DNA of 64,000 bases from IMG/VR virus record IMGVR_UViG_3300028735_000003, positions 289,766-353,765 of that record; one strand, 5' to 3'. Both the position numbers and the translations under genes were made by a program. Shown one piece after another: positions 48,987 through 59,249 of the stretch. The notes under the pieces were generated by a model. It ran no database searches. It saw only the letters and a list, made by a program, of their open reading frames with translations, and was not told where the DNA came from. The stretch's first letter is position 1, and each line of letters begins with the position of its first letter.

Positions 48987-49484
48987 TTAAGGTTTATAAT
49001 CATAAAGAGTTGTTCTGGCTCCCTGTGTATCATAAATATATTTGGAGAAATTAATTATTGTGCCCATATAATAATCCCAATTTCCTCCAACAGCGCCACA
49101 ACCAATGCCTACAGGCATAGCTACACTTTCTAAATCTGGGATACGTGCAACAGCAATTAAAGCTTTATGAAAATACTTTTGTCGTGCTTTTTCTCCATCT
49201 AATTGAGACGTAGGATACTTTGGTATGCCTGGATAATATTGCCCAAATATTGCAATAATATATCTTTGATCTTTTCCATTACCTCTAACAATTATAGTTC
49301 CAGGAACATCTGGCTTTGTTCTAGTACTATATATATCCGCGTAAGGGTAACGTTCGAAAATTGCCTTTGCCAAACCAGCCGATTTTTTTGTAACACAATT
49401 GGTCTGATGTATAATATATTTTTCAGAACTAATAAGTAAATCACCTTTAACAATATTTAACATTAACTTCCGCCCATTTATCAT
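48987..49484 (-). CDS. macrodomain protein (ADP-ribose binding/hydrolase)
   Basis: KGDLL, IIHQTNC, GLAKAI, IGCGAVGG. Confidence 0.88.
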   Translation of the reverse strand: MINGRKLMLNIVKGDLLISSEKYIIHQTNCVTKKSAGLAKAIFERYPYADIYSTRTKPDVPGTIIVRGNGKDQRYIIAIFGQYYPGIPKYPTSQLDGEKARQKYFHKALIAVARIPDLESVAMPVGIGCGAVGGNWDYYMGTIINFSKYIYDTQGARTTLYDYKP

Positions 49485-49657
49485 ATTTTCTTTTCAAGAA
49501 ATAAAACAAAGTAAGTTATCAATCTAAAACAAGATATATAGTTCAATTAAATCACTGATTTTTTTACACATATATGTTTTCTCACAACAAATGGCTTAGT
49601 TTCGCCAAAGAGATCATATTATTTTCTTTCCTATAAAATAGGCTTGGGGTCACTATT

Positions 49658-50146
49658 TTAAGCATATTTCCACCAATATGGAATTGTTCTATTAGTCCAC
49701 TTAGCCAAAGATTGTTTGGCGCCGATATAATATCTTCGATATGCATCCACGGCATTTTCTGCCTTGTACTCATTAGGCATACACTGAACGAAATCTGTCA
49801 AATCACCATCAGGTAAATTAAAGTCTCTTTTTGAAAAGAGCTCAAGGTATTCTTGGCATTTATGTATCTTTCCATATCTATAAGTATATTCCTTGCACAA
49901 TGACAAACCAAGATTATTTAACCAAATAAAATTAGATTTTGTTTTAGATGCCCAAATACTTGCCGGATGATTGTTGTGAGTAATTTTATATATTGGAATA
50001 ACATTATTATGTCTATACACTGCGTTGTTCAGCAACTGCGTCGTTTCCAAAATCATTTTTACTACATGACGATCTACATGATACATAGCACATTGTTCAG
50101 GGTCTAAATCTAGCACAAATATATTCATATTTATTAAAACTCCCAC
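49658..50146 (-). CDS. pyrimidine-dimer DNA glycosylase/DenV-like protein (probable start 50128)
   Basis: MNIFVLD, HVVKMILE..QLL, HNNHP..W, EYTYRYGKIH. Confidence 0.85.
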   Translation of the reverse strand: MGVLINMNIFVLDLDPEQCAMYHVDRHVVKMILETTQLLNNAVYRHNNVIPIYKITHNNHPASIWASKTKSNFIWLNNLGLSLCKEYTYRYGKIHKCQEYLELFSKRDFNLPDGDLTDFVQCMPNEYKAENAVDAYRRYYIGAKQSLAKWTNRTIPYWWKYA

Positions 50147-50270
50147 TATTAAACGTGATGATTAAAACAATAAAATTAGATAAAACTTTCCAATAGCTTA
50201 CAGATTATCAATAGCGTATATAAATTTATATTATGGACTATAAAAACATGATAGCACATCTAGCGCCAAC

Positions 50271-50543
50271 TTACTTAACTTGAGTCTCGAATTCAATGAT
50301 GTATCGCAAACAGTGTTGTTGACCAGCTCCAGAAGGCGTATAAGTAATGATCTCATCATTGAGAACACTAGACTTACCACCAACAGCGAATACACTATGA
50401 TATGGATAAATCGAATTCTTAGAATAAAAGTAGGAGCCATTTGCATACTTATAATTACCGAAAGCCACATCCGCCAAAAACAAATATGCAGTCTTGTTGC
50501 TACCTTGTGCCCAATAAGACCCCCTTACGTCACAATAATTCAT
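50271..50543 (-). pseudogene. C-terminal half of a PARP-like ADP-ribosyltransferase, cut by IS copy 2
   Basis: NYC...YLFLADVAFG...SVFA..GKSSVLNDEIITY...Q..LRYIIEF; ATGAA start coincides with the IS TTCAT site. Confidence 0.8.
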
Positions 50544-50987
50544 GAAAACCTCGCAAGGAGACCCACGGCTTTAGCCGTGGGAGGAATTGCGGATTATAAA
50601 AGCTAATCAGCTTATTATTTTTATTTGATTTTCTACTGCTAATGATATACATATCTGTGATGCGAAGAACTTATAATTTTTATTTATCCGCTCCTGATGG
50701 GTTTTTAGACTTCCTAAAAACCTGCGCAGATATTTATTCGCATCATGTCGAGTGGGCTTTCGAAAATAAATCGACCAATAAAGTTAATAGAAATAAGTCG
50801 AGATATATTTGTAACAAATGTGGTTACATAGGACATGCAGATATTAATGCTGCTAAAAATATTAAGATAAATTACTTTCTCTCGTTAGCTGAAAAGAATA
50901 ACGAGCAGGCTGTTGTCAATCAGCCAAACGCAGCCAAAACTAATGTTTTGAGCAGCAAGCCCACGACTTTAGTCGTGGGTTATTGAC
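50544..50987 (+). mobile_element. tnpB: non-autonomous IS200/IS605 element, copy 2 (114-aa in-frame mini-TnpB at 50642-50986)
   Basis: Same TTCAT flank, end hairpins and TTGAC end as copy 1, with a larger internal deletion. Confidence 0.9.
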
Positions 50988-51157
50988 TTACACACAGTTT
51001 TATTGGTTTTGCAGAATTAAGTAATATATAAAAAGCAGAATACAGAGAAAACTGTGTGTCAATCAGCACACTGTCTATGAAATCAAAAGTCAAACCACCA
51101 GACTTATGCTGGTTGTAATTTACAAGCTAATTAATTTACATCTATTATAAGGTGGAT

Positions 51158-51331
51158 ATGAAAAACATTGTAAAATTACTGAAAGATAACAACGGATCTA
51201 ACCTAGTAGAATATATAATTTTAGTTGGAGTAATTGCTCTTATAGATATTGCTGGTTTCAAGATCTTTGGTGAAAAAGTTAATAGTAAAATTCAAGAGCA
51301 ATCTAATAAAGTTGAACAGATTGGAAATTAA
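51158..51331 (+). CDS. flp: Flp/type IVb prepilin (57 aa, absent from ORF track)
   Basis: MKNIVKLLKDNNG|SNLVEYIILVGVIALIDIAGFKIFGEKV...: Gly at cleavage site, Glu+5, Tyr+6, hydrophobic helix; AAGGTGG upstream. Confidence 0.88.
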   Translation: MKNIVKLLKDNNGSNLVEYIILVGVIALIDIAGFKIFGEKVNSKIQEQSNKVEQIGN

Positions 51332-51486
51332 CAAACTTTAGTCATCGTGCCGATAATACAATCGTGTCAGCGCTGCGTACAATATAAGCATGAAAACTCT
51401 TCAGGCAAGCCGCCACAAAATTAAAAAATCCATTGCAACTTTCCCACCCGTAGCAGATACACAATATACCCGCAATAGAATCTAGC

Positions 51487-51558
<72 letters not shown>

Positions 51559-51796
51559 TATAGATTTTTCTATCAATTATATTACATAATTATCAATTTT
51601 CTGAATCGTATTAATCATTCCCACTACCCTATATGTCATTTTGTAGTTCAACAGATTTGTTTTGAAATTTTTATCAGCAAATAAAATAATATATGCCATC
51701 AACATTATAATCAAATAAAATTACAATGCAAGAACACTGGTATTTAAAAGATACGATGTGATTATCTATAATATTACATACAATTAATCATACGAA

Positions 51797-54121
51797 TTAT
51801 GTATTATCATCTCTTCCACTTAAAATTATCTTTTTAATTTCTGGATCTACAGAATAATTATTCAATAAAATTTTATCAATTTCATCATTATTTAGGTCAA
51901 GTAATCTAAGTTGAACTTTATAAGAAATATTAAAGTGTTTAGCTAATAATTTAAGATCATCAATCGGTGGATTACTATCAATAAACTCTAATCGTTGTTC
52001 TTCTGTGCCAAAATCGACCACGTAATATTTGTCATATTCTATTTCCTTTTTAGGAAATTCTCTAGGCGGTAATATTGGCTTACGTCTATCCGCCTCATAT
52101 TCATCAATCAAAGCTAATATTTCTGGAGTAACATTATTGTTTTTTTTGACATTTTGCCTAACATCTTTATCACTATCTTTAGCTAATAAAGCTAATATTT
52201 CAGTAGATGTATTATTGTTTGCCGCAACATTTTGTCTAACATATACATTATTATCTTTAGCCAATAAGGCTAATGTTCCTGAATATGTATTATTATTTGC
52301 TGCAACATTTTGTCTAACACCATGATAATTATCTTTAGCTAAGAAAGCTAATATTTCTGTAGGTGTATTATTGTTCTCTGCAACATTTTGTCTAACAAAT
52401 ACATCATTATCTTTAGCTAAGAACGCTAATATTTCTGTAGGTGTATTATTGTTTACTGCAACAGCCTGTCTAACATATTCATTGTTGTCTTTAGCTAATA
52501 AAGCTAATATTTCTGGTGATGTATGCTTGTTTGATGCAACATATTGTCTAAGATATTTATCATTATCTTTAGTAGCCAATAAAGCTAGTATTTCTTGAGG
52601 TGTATTATTGTTTTTTGCAACGCTTCTTCTAACATCGAAATCATCATCTTTAGCTAATAAAGATAATGTTTCTGGAGACGTATTATTATTTCTTGCAACA
52701 TTTATCCTAACAAATTTATAATAATCTTTAGCTAATAAAGCTAATATTTCTGTTGATGTATGCTTGTTTGATGCAACAAATTCTCTAACATTTGTGTTAT
52801 TATCTTTAGATAATAAAGTCAAAGTTTCTGGAGATGTATTATTGTTTTCTGCAACATTTCTCCTAACATATTCATCATTATCTTTAGCTAAGAAAGCCAA
52901 TGTTTCTGTAGGTGTATTCTTGTTGTCTGCGACACTCATTCTAACAAATGCATGGTAATCTTTAGCTAATAAAACTAGTGTTTCTGGGAGTGTATTGCTG
53001 TTTTTTGCAACTAGTTGTCTAACATCTCCGTCATTATCTTTAGCTAATAAAGCTAATGCTTCTGGAGGTGTATTATTATTTGCTGCAACATATTGTCTAA
53101 TATATACATCATTATCTTTAGATAATCTAGCTAATATCCTAGGATCAGTTTCTTCTTCTATTAATACACGCCTAAATTCATCATTCAAATATTTATAAGC
53201 TTGAATCTTTTGGTTATACTGTATATCATGTTCCATCATATATGAAACAATATCAACCTGGTTTTTAATCTTTTGATATTTTTCAGGAAAATGATATATA
53301 TTAAAATTAGGATTAACAGAAATAGCAACAGCCATAAAATGATTAAATTCTTCTAAAGATAATAATCCTTCCATGGCGTAAACAATAGCACCGGCAGGAA
53401 AAGCTTCAGCATCTTTAATAATTATCTCCTTTACTAAATTATAACCAGGGATATTTTCTGGGTCATAAATTTTATCAATAGCATCAAACGCTTCTATTTT
53501 TAATACATTATTGTCTACATCTCTTTGAGCTGCAAAAGCCACTTTATACAACGTATTGTGTGAAGGTAATGTCTTATCTATAAAATAATATATTACAACA
53601 TTATGATTTATATAGTTTTCATAATGAGGAACTTCTTGAGATGTTACACACCATCTTGTACCAGATCCGAAAGAACATGCTGCTAAATGAGTGTCAGGTC
53701 TAATTAACACATATCTTTCATTCTCAAATAATTTTTTGGCTGATTCATCCTTTACTTCAACAGTTCTTCTAACTTTATTCTCTAGGTCTTTAAGAACTTT
53801 ATTTAACTCTTCTAACGAGTTAAACTTTGAAATATCTCTATATTCTTCAGCAAGAGCTGGTAATTTTCTATCAAATAAATTAATAGAGTTTACTAATTCT
53901 TCTTGTGATTCTCCTTTGACTAGTTGACTAACTATCCAATCAAGATATTTCTGTTTAACTTTTTTGTTATTGGTTAAATCATCTATCTGAGAAGACAAAT
54001 GAGGATATCTATTTTTTAGATCCTTTACTGCTGCGGTCAGTATTATACTGTATAATCCCATCCTTGAGATCTTATAAAAATTATCGATTGATGATATTAA
54101 TTGACTATACTTGTACATCAC
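51797..54121 (-). CDS. LRV/HEAT-like repeat protein paralogue 1 (13 repeats)
   Basis: Conserved N-terminal domain (FGSGTRWCVTS), 26-aa repeats, conserved C-terminal cap. Confidence 0.93.
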   Translation of the reverse strand: MMYKYSQLISSIDNFYKISRMGLYSIILTAAVKDLKNRYPHLSSQIDDLTNNKKVKQKYLDWIVSQLVKGESQEELVNSINLFDRKLPALAEEYRDISKFNSLEELNKVLKDLENKVRRTVEVKDESAKKLFENERYVLIRPDTHLAACSFGSGTRWCVTSQEVPHYENYINHNVVIYYFIDKTLPSHNTLYKVAFAAQRDVDNNVLKIEAFDAIDKIYDPENIPGYNLVKEIIIKDAEAFPAGAIVYAMEGLLSLEEFNHFMAVAISVNPNFNIYHFPEKYQKIKNQVDIVSYMMEHDIQYNQKIQAYKYLNDEFRRVLIEEETDPRILARLSKDNDVYIRQYVAANNNTPPEALALLAKDNDGDVRQLVAKNSNTLPETLVLLAKDYHAFVRMSVADNKNTPTETLAFLAKDNDEYVRRNVAENNNTSPETLTLLSKDNNTNVREFVASNKHTSTEILALLAKDYYKFVRINVARNNNTSPETLSLLAKDDDFDVRRSVAKNNNTPQEILALLATKDNDKYLRQYVASNKHTSPEILALLAKDNNEYVRQAVAVNNNTPTEILAFLAKDNDVFVRQNVAENNNTPTEILAFLAKDNYHGVRQNVAANNNTYSGTLALLAKDNNVYVRQNVAANNNTSTEILALLAKDSDKDVRQNVKKNNNVTPEILALIDEYEADRRKPILPPREFPKKEIEYDKYYVVDFGTEEQRLEFIDSNPPIDDLKLLAKHFNISYKVQLRLLDLNNDEIDKILLNNYSVDPEIKKIILSGRDDNT

Positions 54122-54129
54122 AAATATAC

Positions 54130-54147
54130 TTACATATTAATATGTAA
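54130..54147. promoter_or_regulatory. 18-bp palindrome upstream of paralogue 1
   Basis: TTACATATTAATATGTAA. Confidence 0.7.
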
Positions 54148-54190
54148 AAATTAAAAAAAATTTTTATAAATATGTTATCACAAACTATAC

Positions 54191-56731
54191 CTAATAGTCT
54201 TTTCCACCCAGAATTATCTTTTTAATTTCCGGATCTACCGTATAGTTATTCAACAATATCTCATCAATTTCATCATTATTTAAATAAAGCAATCTGAGTT
54301 GAACTTTATAAGAGATATTAAAGTGTTTAGCCAATAATTTAAGATCATTAATTGGAGGATTACTATCAATAAATTTTAATCGTTGTTCTTCTGTACCAAA
54401 ATTGATTATATAGTTGTTGTCATATTCTATTTCTTTTTTAGGAAACTCTCTAGGATGTAATATTCGCTTGGGTTTAGCGGATTCATATTCATCTATTAAA
54501 GCTAATATTTCTGGAGTAACATTATTGTTTTTTGCAACGAGTTGTCTAACATCTTTATCACTATCTTTAGCTAATAAAGCTAACGTTGCTGTAGATGTAT
54601 TATTATTTGCTGCGACTAGTCTTCTGACTGACACCTCATTATCTTTGGCTAATAAATCCAATGTTTCTGGAGATGTATTATTATTTCTTGCAACATTTTG
54701 TCTAACATGTACATCATTATCTTTAGCTAATAAAGCTAATGTGGCTGGAGATGTATTATTATGTTCTGCAACATGTTGTCTAATAGATGTATATTTATCT
54801 TTAGCTAATAAAGCTAATATTTCTGGAGACATATTACTGTTTAATGCAAGATGTGTTTTAACATATATACTGTTACTTTTAGCCAATAAAAATAATATTT
54901 TTGTAGGTGTATTATTATTTGCTGCAACATATATTCTAACATCCTCATCATAATCTTTATATAATAAAGATAATGTTTCTTTAGATGTATTATTATTTTT
55001 TGCAACATGTTGCCTAACAGACACATCTCTATCTTTAGCTAGCAAAGCTAATGTTTCTGGAGATGTATTATTATTTCCTGCAACATTTGTCCTAACAATC
55101 GCATCATTATCTTTGGCTAATAAAACTAACGTTTCTTGAGATGTATTATTATTTTTTGCAACATTTCTCTTAACAAAGACACCATTGTTTTTAGCTAATA
55201 AATCCAATGTTTCTTTGGATGTATTATTGTTTGCTGCAACAGATTGTCTAACATATGTATTATTATCTTTAGCTAATAGATCTAATATTTCTGGAGATGT
55301 ATTATTATGTTCTGCAACAGATTGCCTAATAATCTCATAATTATCTTTAGCTAATAAAGCAAATATCTCTGAATGAGTGTTATGGTTTTTTGCAACATAT
55401 TCTCTAACAGATACATCATTATCTCTAGCTAACAAAGCTAATGTTTCTGCAGAAGTATTATTATTTGCCGCAACATTTTGTCTAACATTTAAATCATTAT
55501 CTTTAGCTAATAAAGCTAATGTAGCTGGAGACGTATTGTTATTTTCTGCAACGTATTCTCTAACAGATACATCATTATCTCTAGCTAACAAAGCTAATGT
55601 TTCTGCAGAAGTATTATTATTTGCCGCAACAGATTGTCTAATATATTTACCATTATCTCTAGCTAACAAAGCTAATGTTTCTGCAGATGTATTCTTGTTT
55701 TCTGCAACAGCTTGTCTAACATATTTATCATTGTCTTTAGCTAATTTAGCTAATACCCTTGGATCAGTTTCCTTTTCTGTTAGTACTAGTTTAAATTCAT
55801 CATTTAAATATTTATAAACTTGAAGTTTTTGATTATATTGTATGTTATGTTTCATAACATATGAAAAAATATCCGTCTGTTTTTTAATCTGTTGATATTT
55901 TTCAGGGAAAGAAGACAAATCAAAATAAGCGCCAACATCAATAGCAACAGACATAAAATGATTAAATTCTTCTAAAGATAATAATCCTTCCATGGCGTAA
56001 ACAATAGCACCAGCGGGAAAAGCTTCAGCATCTTTAATAATTATCTGCTTTACCAAATTATAACCAGCAATATCTTCTGGTTCATAAATTTTATCAGTCG
56101 CATCAAATGCTTCTATTTTTAATACGTTATTGTCTAGATCTCTTTGAACAGCAAAAGCTACTTTATACAATATATTTTGTGAAGGCAAGGTCTTATCTAT
56201 AAGATAATATATTACAACATTATGATTTATATAGTTTTCATAGTGAGGAACTTCTTGAGATGTTACACACCATTTTGTACCAGATCCAAAAGAACATGCT
56301 GCTAACTTAGTATCTGGTCTAATTAACACATATCTTCCATTTTCAAATAATTTCTTGGCTGATTCATCTTTTACTTCAACAGTTCTTCTAACCTTATTTT
56401 CTAGGTCATTAAGAACTTTCTTTAAATCTGCTAACGAATTAACCCTTGAAATATCTCTATTTTCTACAGAAAGAGCTGGTAATTTTCTATCAAACAACTC
56501 AATATAACGTAATAATTCTTCTTGAGATTCTCCTTTGTCTAATTGATAAACTATCCAATCAAGATATTTCGATTTAACTTTACCATTTAAATAATCTATT
56601 TTAGAAGACAGATGAGGATATCTATCTTTTAAATGCTTTACTGATGCGGTCAGTATTATACTGTATAACCCCATCCTTGAGATCTTATAAAAATTATCAA
56701 TTGATGATATTAGTTGACTATACTTGTACAT
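54191..56731 (-). CDS. LRV/HEAT-like repeat protein paralogue 2 (16 repeats)
   Basis: Same architecture as paralogue 1. Confidence 0.93.
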   Translation of the reverse strand: MYKYSQLISSIDNFYKISRMGLYSIILTASVKHLKDRYPHLSSKIDYLNGKVKSKYLDWIVYQLDKGESQEELLRYIELFDRKLPALSVENRDISRVNSLADLKKVLNDLENKVRRTVEVKDESAKKLFENGRYVLIRPDTKLAACSFGSGTKWCVTSQEVPHYENYINHNVVIYYLIDKTLPSQNILYKVAFAVQRDLDNNVLKIEAFDATDKIYEPEDIAGYNLVKQIIIKDAEAFPAGAIVYAMEGLLSLEEFNHFMSVAIDVGAYFDLSSFPEKYQQIKKQTDIFSYVMKHNIQYNQKLQVYKYLNDEFKLVLTEKETDPRVLAKLAKDNDKYVRQAVAENKNTSAETLALLARDNGKYIRQSVAANNNTSAETLALLARDNDVSVREYVAENNNTSPATLALLAKDNDLNVRQNVAANNNTSAETLALLARDNDVSVREYVAKNHNTHSEIFALLAKDNYEIIRQSVAEHNNTSPEILDLLAKDNNTYVRQSVAANNNTSKETLDLLAKNNGVFVKRNVAKNNNTSQETLVLLAKDNDAIVRTNVAGNNNTSPETLALLAKDRDVSVRQHVAKNNNTSKETLSLLYKDYDEDVRIYVAANNNTPTKILFLLAKSNSIYVKTHLALNSNMSPEILALLAKDKYTSIRQHVAEHNNTSPATLALLAKDNDVHVRQNVARNNNTSPETLDLLAKDNEVSVRRLVAANNNTSTATLALLAKDSDKDVRQLVAKNNNVTPEILALIDEYESAKPKRILHPREFPKKEIEYDNNYIINFGTEEQRLKFIDSNPPINDLKLLAKHFNISYKVQLRLLYLNNDEIDEILLNNYTVDPEIKKIILGGKDY

Positions 56732-56742
56732 TACAAATATAT

Positions 56743-56760
56743 TTACATATTAATACACAA
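56743..56760. promoter_or_regulatory. degenerate 18-bp palindrome upstream of paralogue 2
   Basis: TTACATATTAATACACAA. Confidence 0.6.
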
Positions 56761-56792
56761 AAATAAAAAAATTATAGGTATGTTATTACGGA

Positions 56793-59186
56793 TTAGGTCT
56801 TGTAATCTCTTCCACTTAAAATTATTTTTTTAATTTCCGGATCTACCGTATAGTTATTCAACAATATCTCATTAATTTCATCATTATTTAAATCAAGCAA
56901 TCTGAGTTGAACCTTATAAGAGATATTAAAGTGTTTAGCTAATAATTTAAGATCATTAATCGGTGGATTACTATCAATAAATTTCAGTCGTTGTTCTTCT
57001 GTACCGACGTTGATTATATAGTTGTTGTCAAATTCTATTTCTTTTTTAGGAAACTCTCTAGTAGGTAATATTCTCTTACGTCTATCTGCTTCATATTCAT
57101 CTATTAAAGATAATATTTCTGGAGTAACGTTTTTGTTTTTTGTAACAGCTTGTCTAACGCCTTTATCGCTATCTTTAGCTAATAAAGCTAATGTTTCTTG
57201 TGGTGTATTATTGTTTTTTGCAACATTTTTTCTAACATATTTATCACTATCTTTAGCTAATAAAGCTAATATTTCTGTAGATGTATTATTATTCGATGCA
57301 ACATTTTCTCTAACAAACACATCATTATCTTTATACAATAAAGATAATGTTTCTGGAGATGTATTATTATTTTTTGCAACTAGTCTTCTAACAACTACGT
57401 CACTACCTTTAGTTAATAAAGACAATGTTTCTGGATGTGTATTATTGTTTTTTGCAACATTTTGTCTAACAACTTTATCATCGTCTTTAGCTAATAAAAA
57501 CAATGTTTCTGCTGAAGTATTATTGTTTTTTGCAACATGTTGTCTAACACCGTCATCATAATCTTTAGCTAATAAAGCTAATGTTTCTGGAGATGTATTA
57601 TTGTTTGATGCAACATTTTCTCTAACAAGAACATCATTATCTATAGCCAATAAAGCTAATATTTTCTGAGATGTATTATTATTTTCTGCAACACCTTGCC
57701 TAATATATCTACTATTATCTTTAGCTAATAACCCTAATATTTCTTGAGGTGTATTATTATTTAGTGCAACATGTTCTCTAACATATTCATTATCTTTAAC
57801 TAATAAATATAATATTTCTTTAGGTGTATTATTATTTCCTGCAACACGTTGTCTAACACGTTCATTGTGATCTTTGCTCAATAAAGCAAATATTTCTTTA
57901 GGTGTATTATTGTTTTTTGCAACATTTTCCCTAACAGTTATATCATTATCTTTAGCTAATAAAGCTAATACTTCTGGAGGTGTATTATTGTTTTTTGCAA
58001 CATTTTCCCTAACAGTTATATCATTATCTTTAGCTAATAAAGCTAATACTTCTGGAGGTGTATTATTATTTCCTGCAACATTCTCTCTTACAAGTGCATA
58101 ATTATCTTTAGCTAATAAAGCTAATACTTCTGGAGGTGTATTATTATTTCCTGCAACATATTGTTTAATATATGCATCATTAGCCAATATACTCAATATC
58201 CTTGGATTAGTTTCTTCTTTTACTAATGCGCGCATAAATTCATAATCTAAATATTTATAAGCCTGAAGTTTTTGATTATATTGTATATCATGTTCCATGA
58301 TATAAGAAACAATATCAACCTGTTTTTTAACCTGTTGATATTTTTCTGGGAACTCATCCAAATTAAAAGGATGGCCAACAGAAATAGCAACAGACATAAA
58401 ATGATTAAATTCTTCTATAGACAATAATCCCTCTTTTGCGTATACAACGGCACCAGTAGGAAAAGCTTCAGCATCTTTGATAATTATTTCTTTTACTAAA
58501 TTATAACCAGGCATATCTTCTGGTTTATAAATTTTATCAGCCGCGTCAAACGCCTCTATTTTTAATACCTTATTATCTAGATCTCTTTTAGCCGCAAAAG
58601 CCACTTTATACAATATATTTTGTGAAGGTAAGGTCTTATCTATAAGATAATAAATTACAGTGTTGTGATTTATATAGTTTTCATAATGAGGAACTTCTTG
58701 AGAAGTTATGCACCATCTTGTACCAGATCCAAAAGAACATGCTGCCAAATGAGTATCTGGTCTAATTAATACATATCTTTCATTTTCAAATAATTTCTTG
58801 GCTGATTCATCTTTTACTTCAACAGTTCTTCTAACTTTATTCTCTAGGTCTTTAAGAACTTTATTTAACTCTTCTAATGACTTAAACTTCGAAATATCCC
58901 TATATTCTGCAGCAAGAGCTTGTGATTTTCTATCAAATAAATTAATAGAGTTTACTAATTCTTCTTGTGATTCTCCTTTGAGAAGTTGACTAACTATCCA
59001 ATCAAGATATTTCGGTTTAACTCCTTTGTTGATTAAATAATCTATCTGAGAAGATAGCTCAGGATATTTTTCTTTTAGAGCCTTTACTGATACGGTTGAT
59101 GCGGTCAGTATTATACTGTATAATCTCATACTTGAGATTTTATAAAAATTATCAATTGATGATATTAATTGACTATACTTGTACAT
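56793..59186 (-). CDS. LRV/HEAT-like repeat protein paralogue 3 (14 repeats)
   Basis: Same architecture; includes a near-exact 78-bp tandem duplication starting at 57901. Confidence 0.93.
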   Translation of the reverse strand: MYKYSQLISSIDNFYKISSMRLYSIILTASTVSVKALKEKYPELSSQIDYLINKGVKPKYLDWIVSQLLKGESQEELVNSINLFDRKSQALAAEYRDISKFKSLEELNKVLKDLENKVRRTVEVKDESAKKLFENERYVLIRPDTHLAACSFGSGTRWCITSQEVPHYENYINHNTVIYYLIDKTLPSQNILYKVAFAAKRDLDNKVLKIEAFDAADKIYKPEDMPGYNLVKEIIIKDAEAFPTGAVVYAKEGLLSIEEFNHFMSVAISVGHPFNLDEFPEKYQQVKKQVDIVSYIMEHDIQYNQKLQAYKYLDYEFMRALVKEETNPRILSILANDAYIKQYVAGNNNTPPEVLALLAKDNYALVRENVAGNNNTPPEVLALLAKDNDITVRENVAKNNNTPPEVLALLAKDNDITVRENVAKNNNTPKEIFALLSKDHNERVRQRVAGNNNTPKEILYLLVKDNEYVREHVALNNNTPQEILGLLAKDNSRYIRQGVAENNNTSQKILALLAIDNDVLVRENVASNNNTSPETLALLAKDYDDGVRQHVAKNNNTSAETLFLLAKDDDKVVRQNVAKNNNTHPETLSLLTKGSDVVVRRLVAKNNNTSPETLSLLYKDNDVFVRENVASNNNTSTEILALLAKDSDKYVRKNVAKNNNTPQETLALLAKDSDKGVRQAVTKNKNVTPEILSLIDEYEADRRKRILPTREFPKKEIEFDNNYIINVGTEEQRLKFIDSNPPINDLKLLAKHFNISYKVQLRLLDLNNDEINEILLNNYTVDPEIKKIILSGRDYKT

Positions 59187-59197
59187 TACAAATATAC

Positions 59198-59215
59198 TTA
59201 CATATTAATATGTAA
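59198..59215. promoter_or_regulatory. 18-bp palindrome upstream of paralogue 3
   Basis: TTACATATTAATATGTAA. Confidence 0.7.
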
Positions 59216-59249
59216 AAATTAAAAAATTTTATAAATATGTTATCACAAA

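Noticed and set aside
50988-51062. Self-targeting by the copy 2 omega-RNA guide at the nearby inverted repeat
   Set aside because: The matching sequence is not preceded by TTCAT and the match is only about 12 nt; better read as a local hairpin or rearrangement scar.
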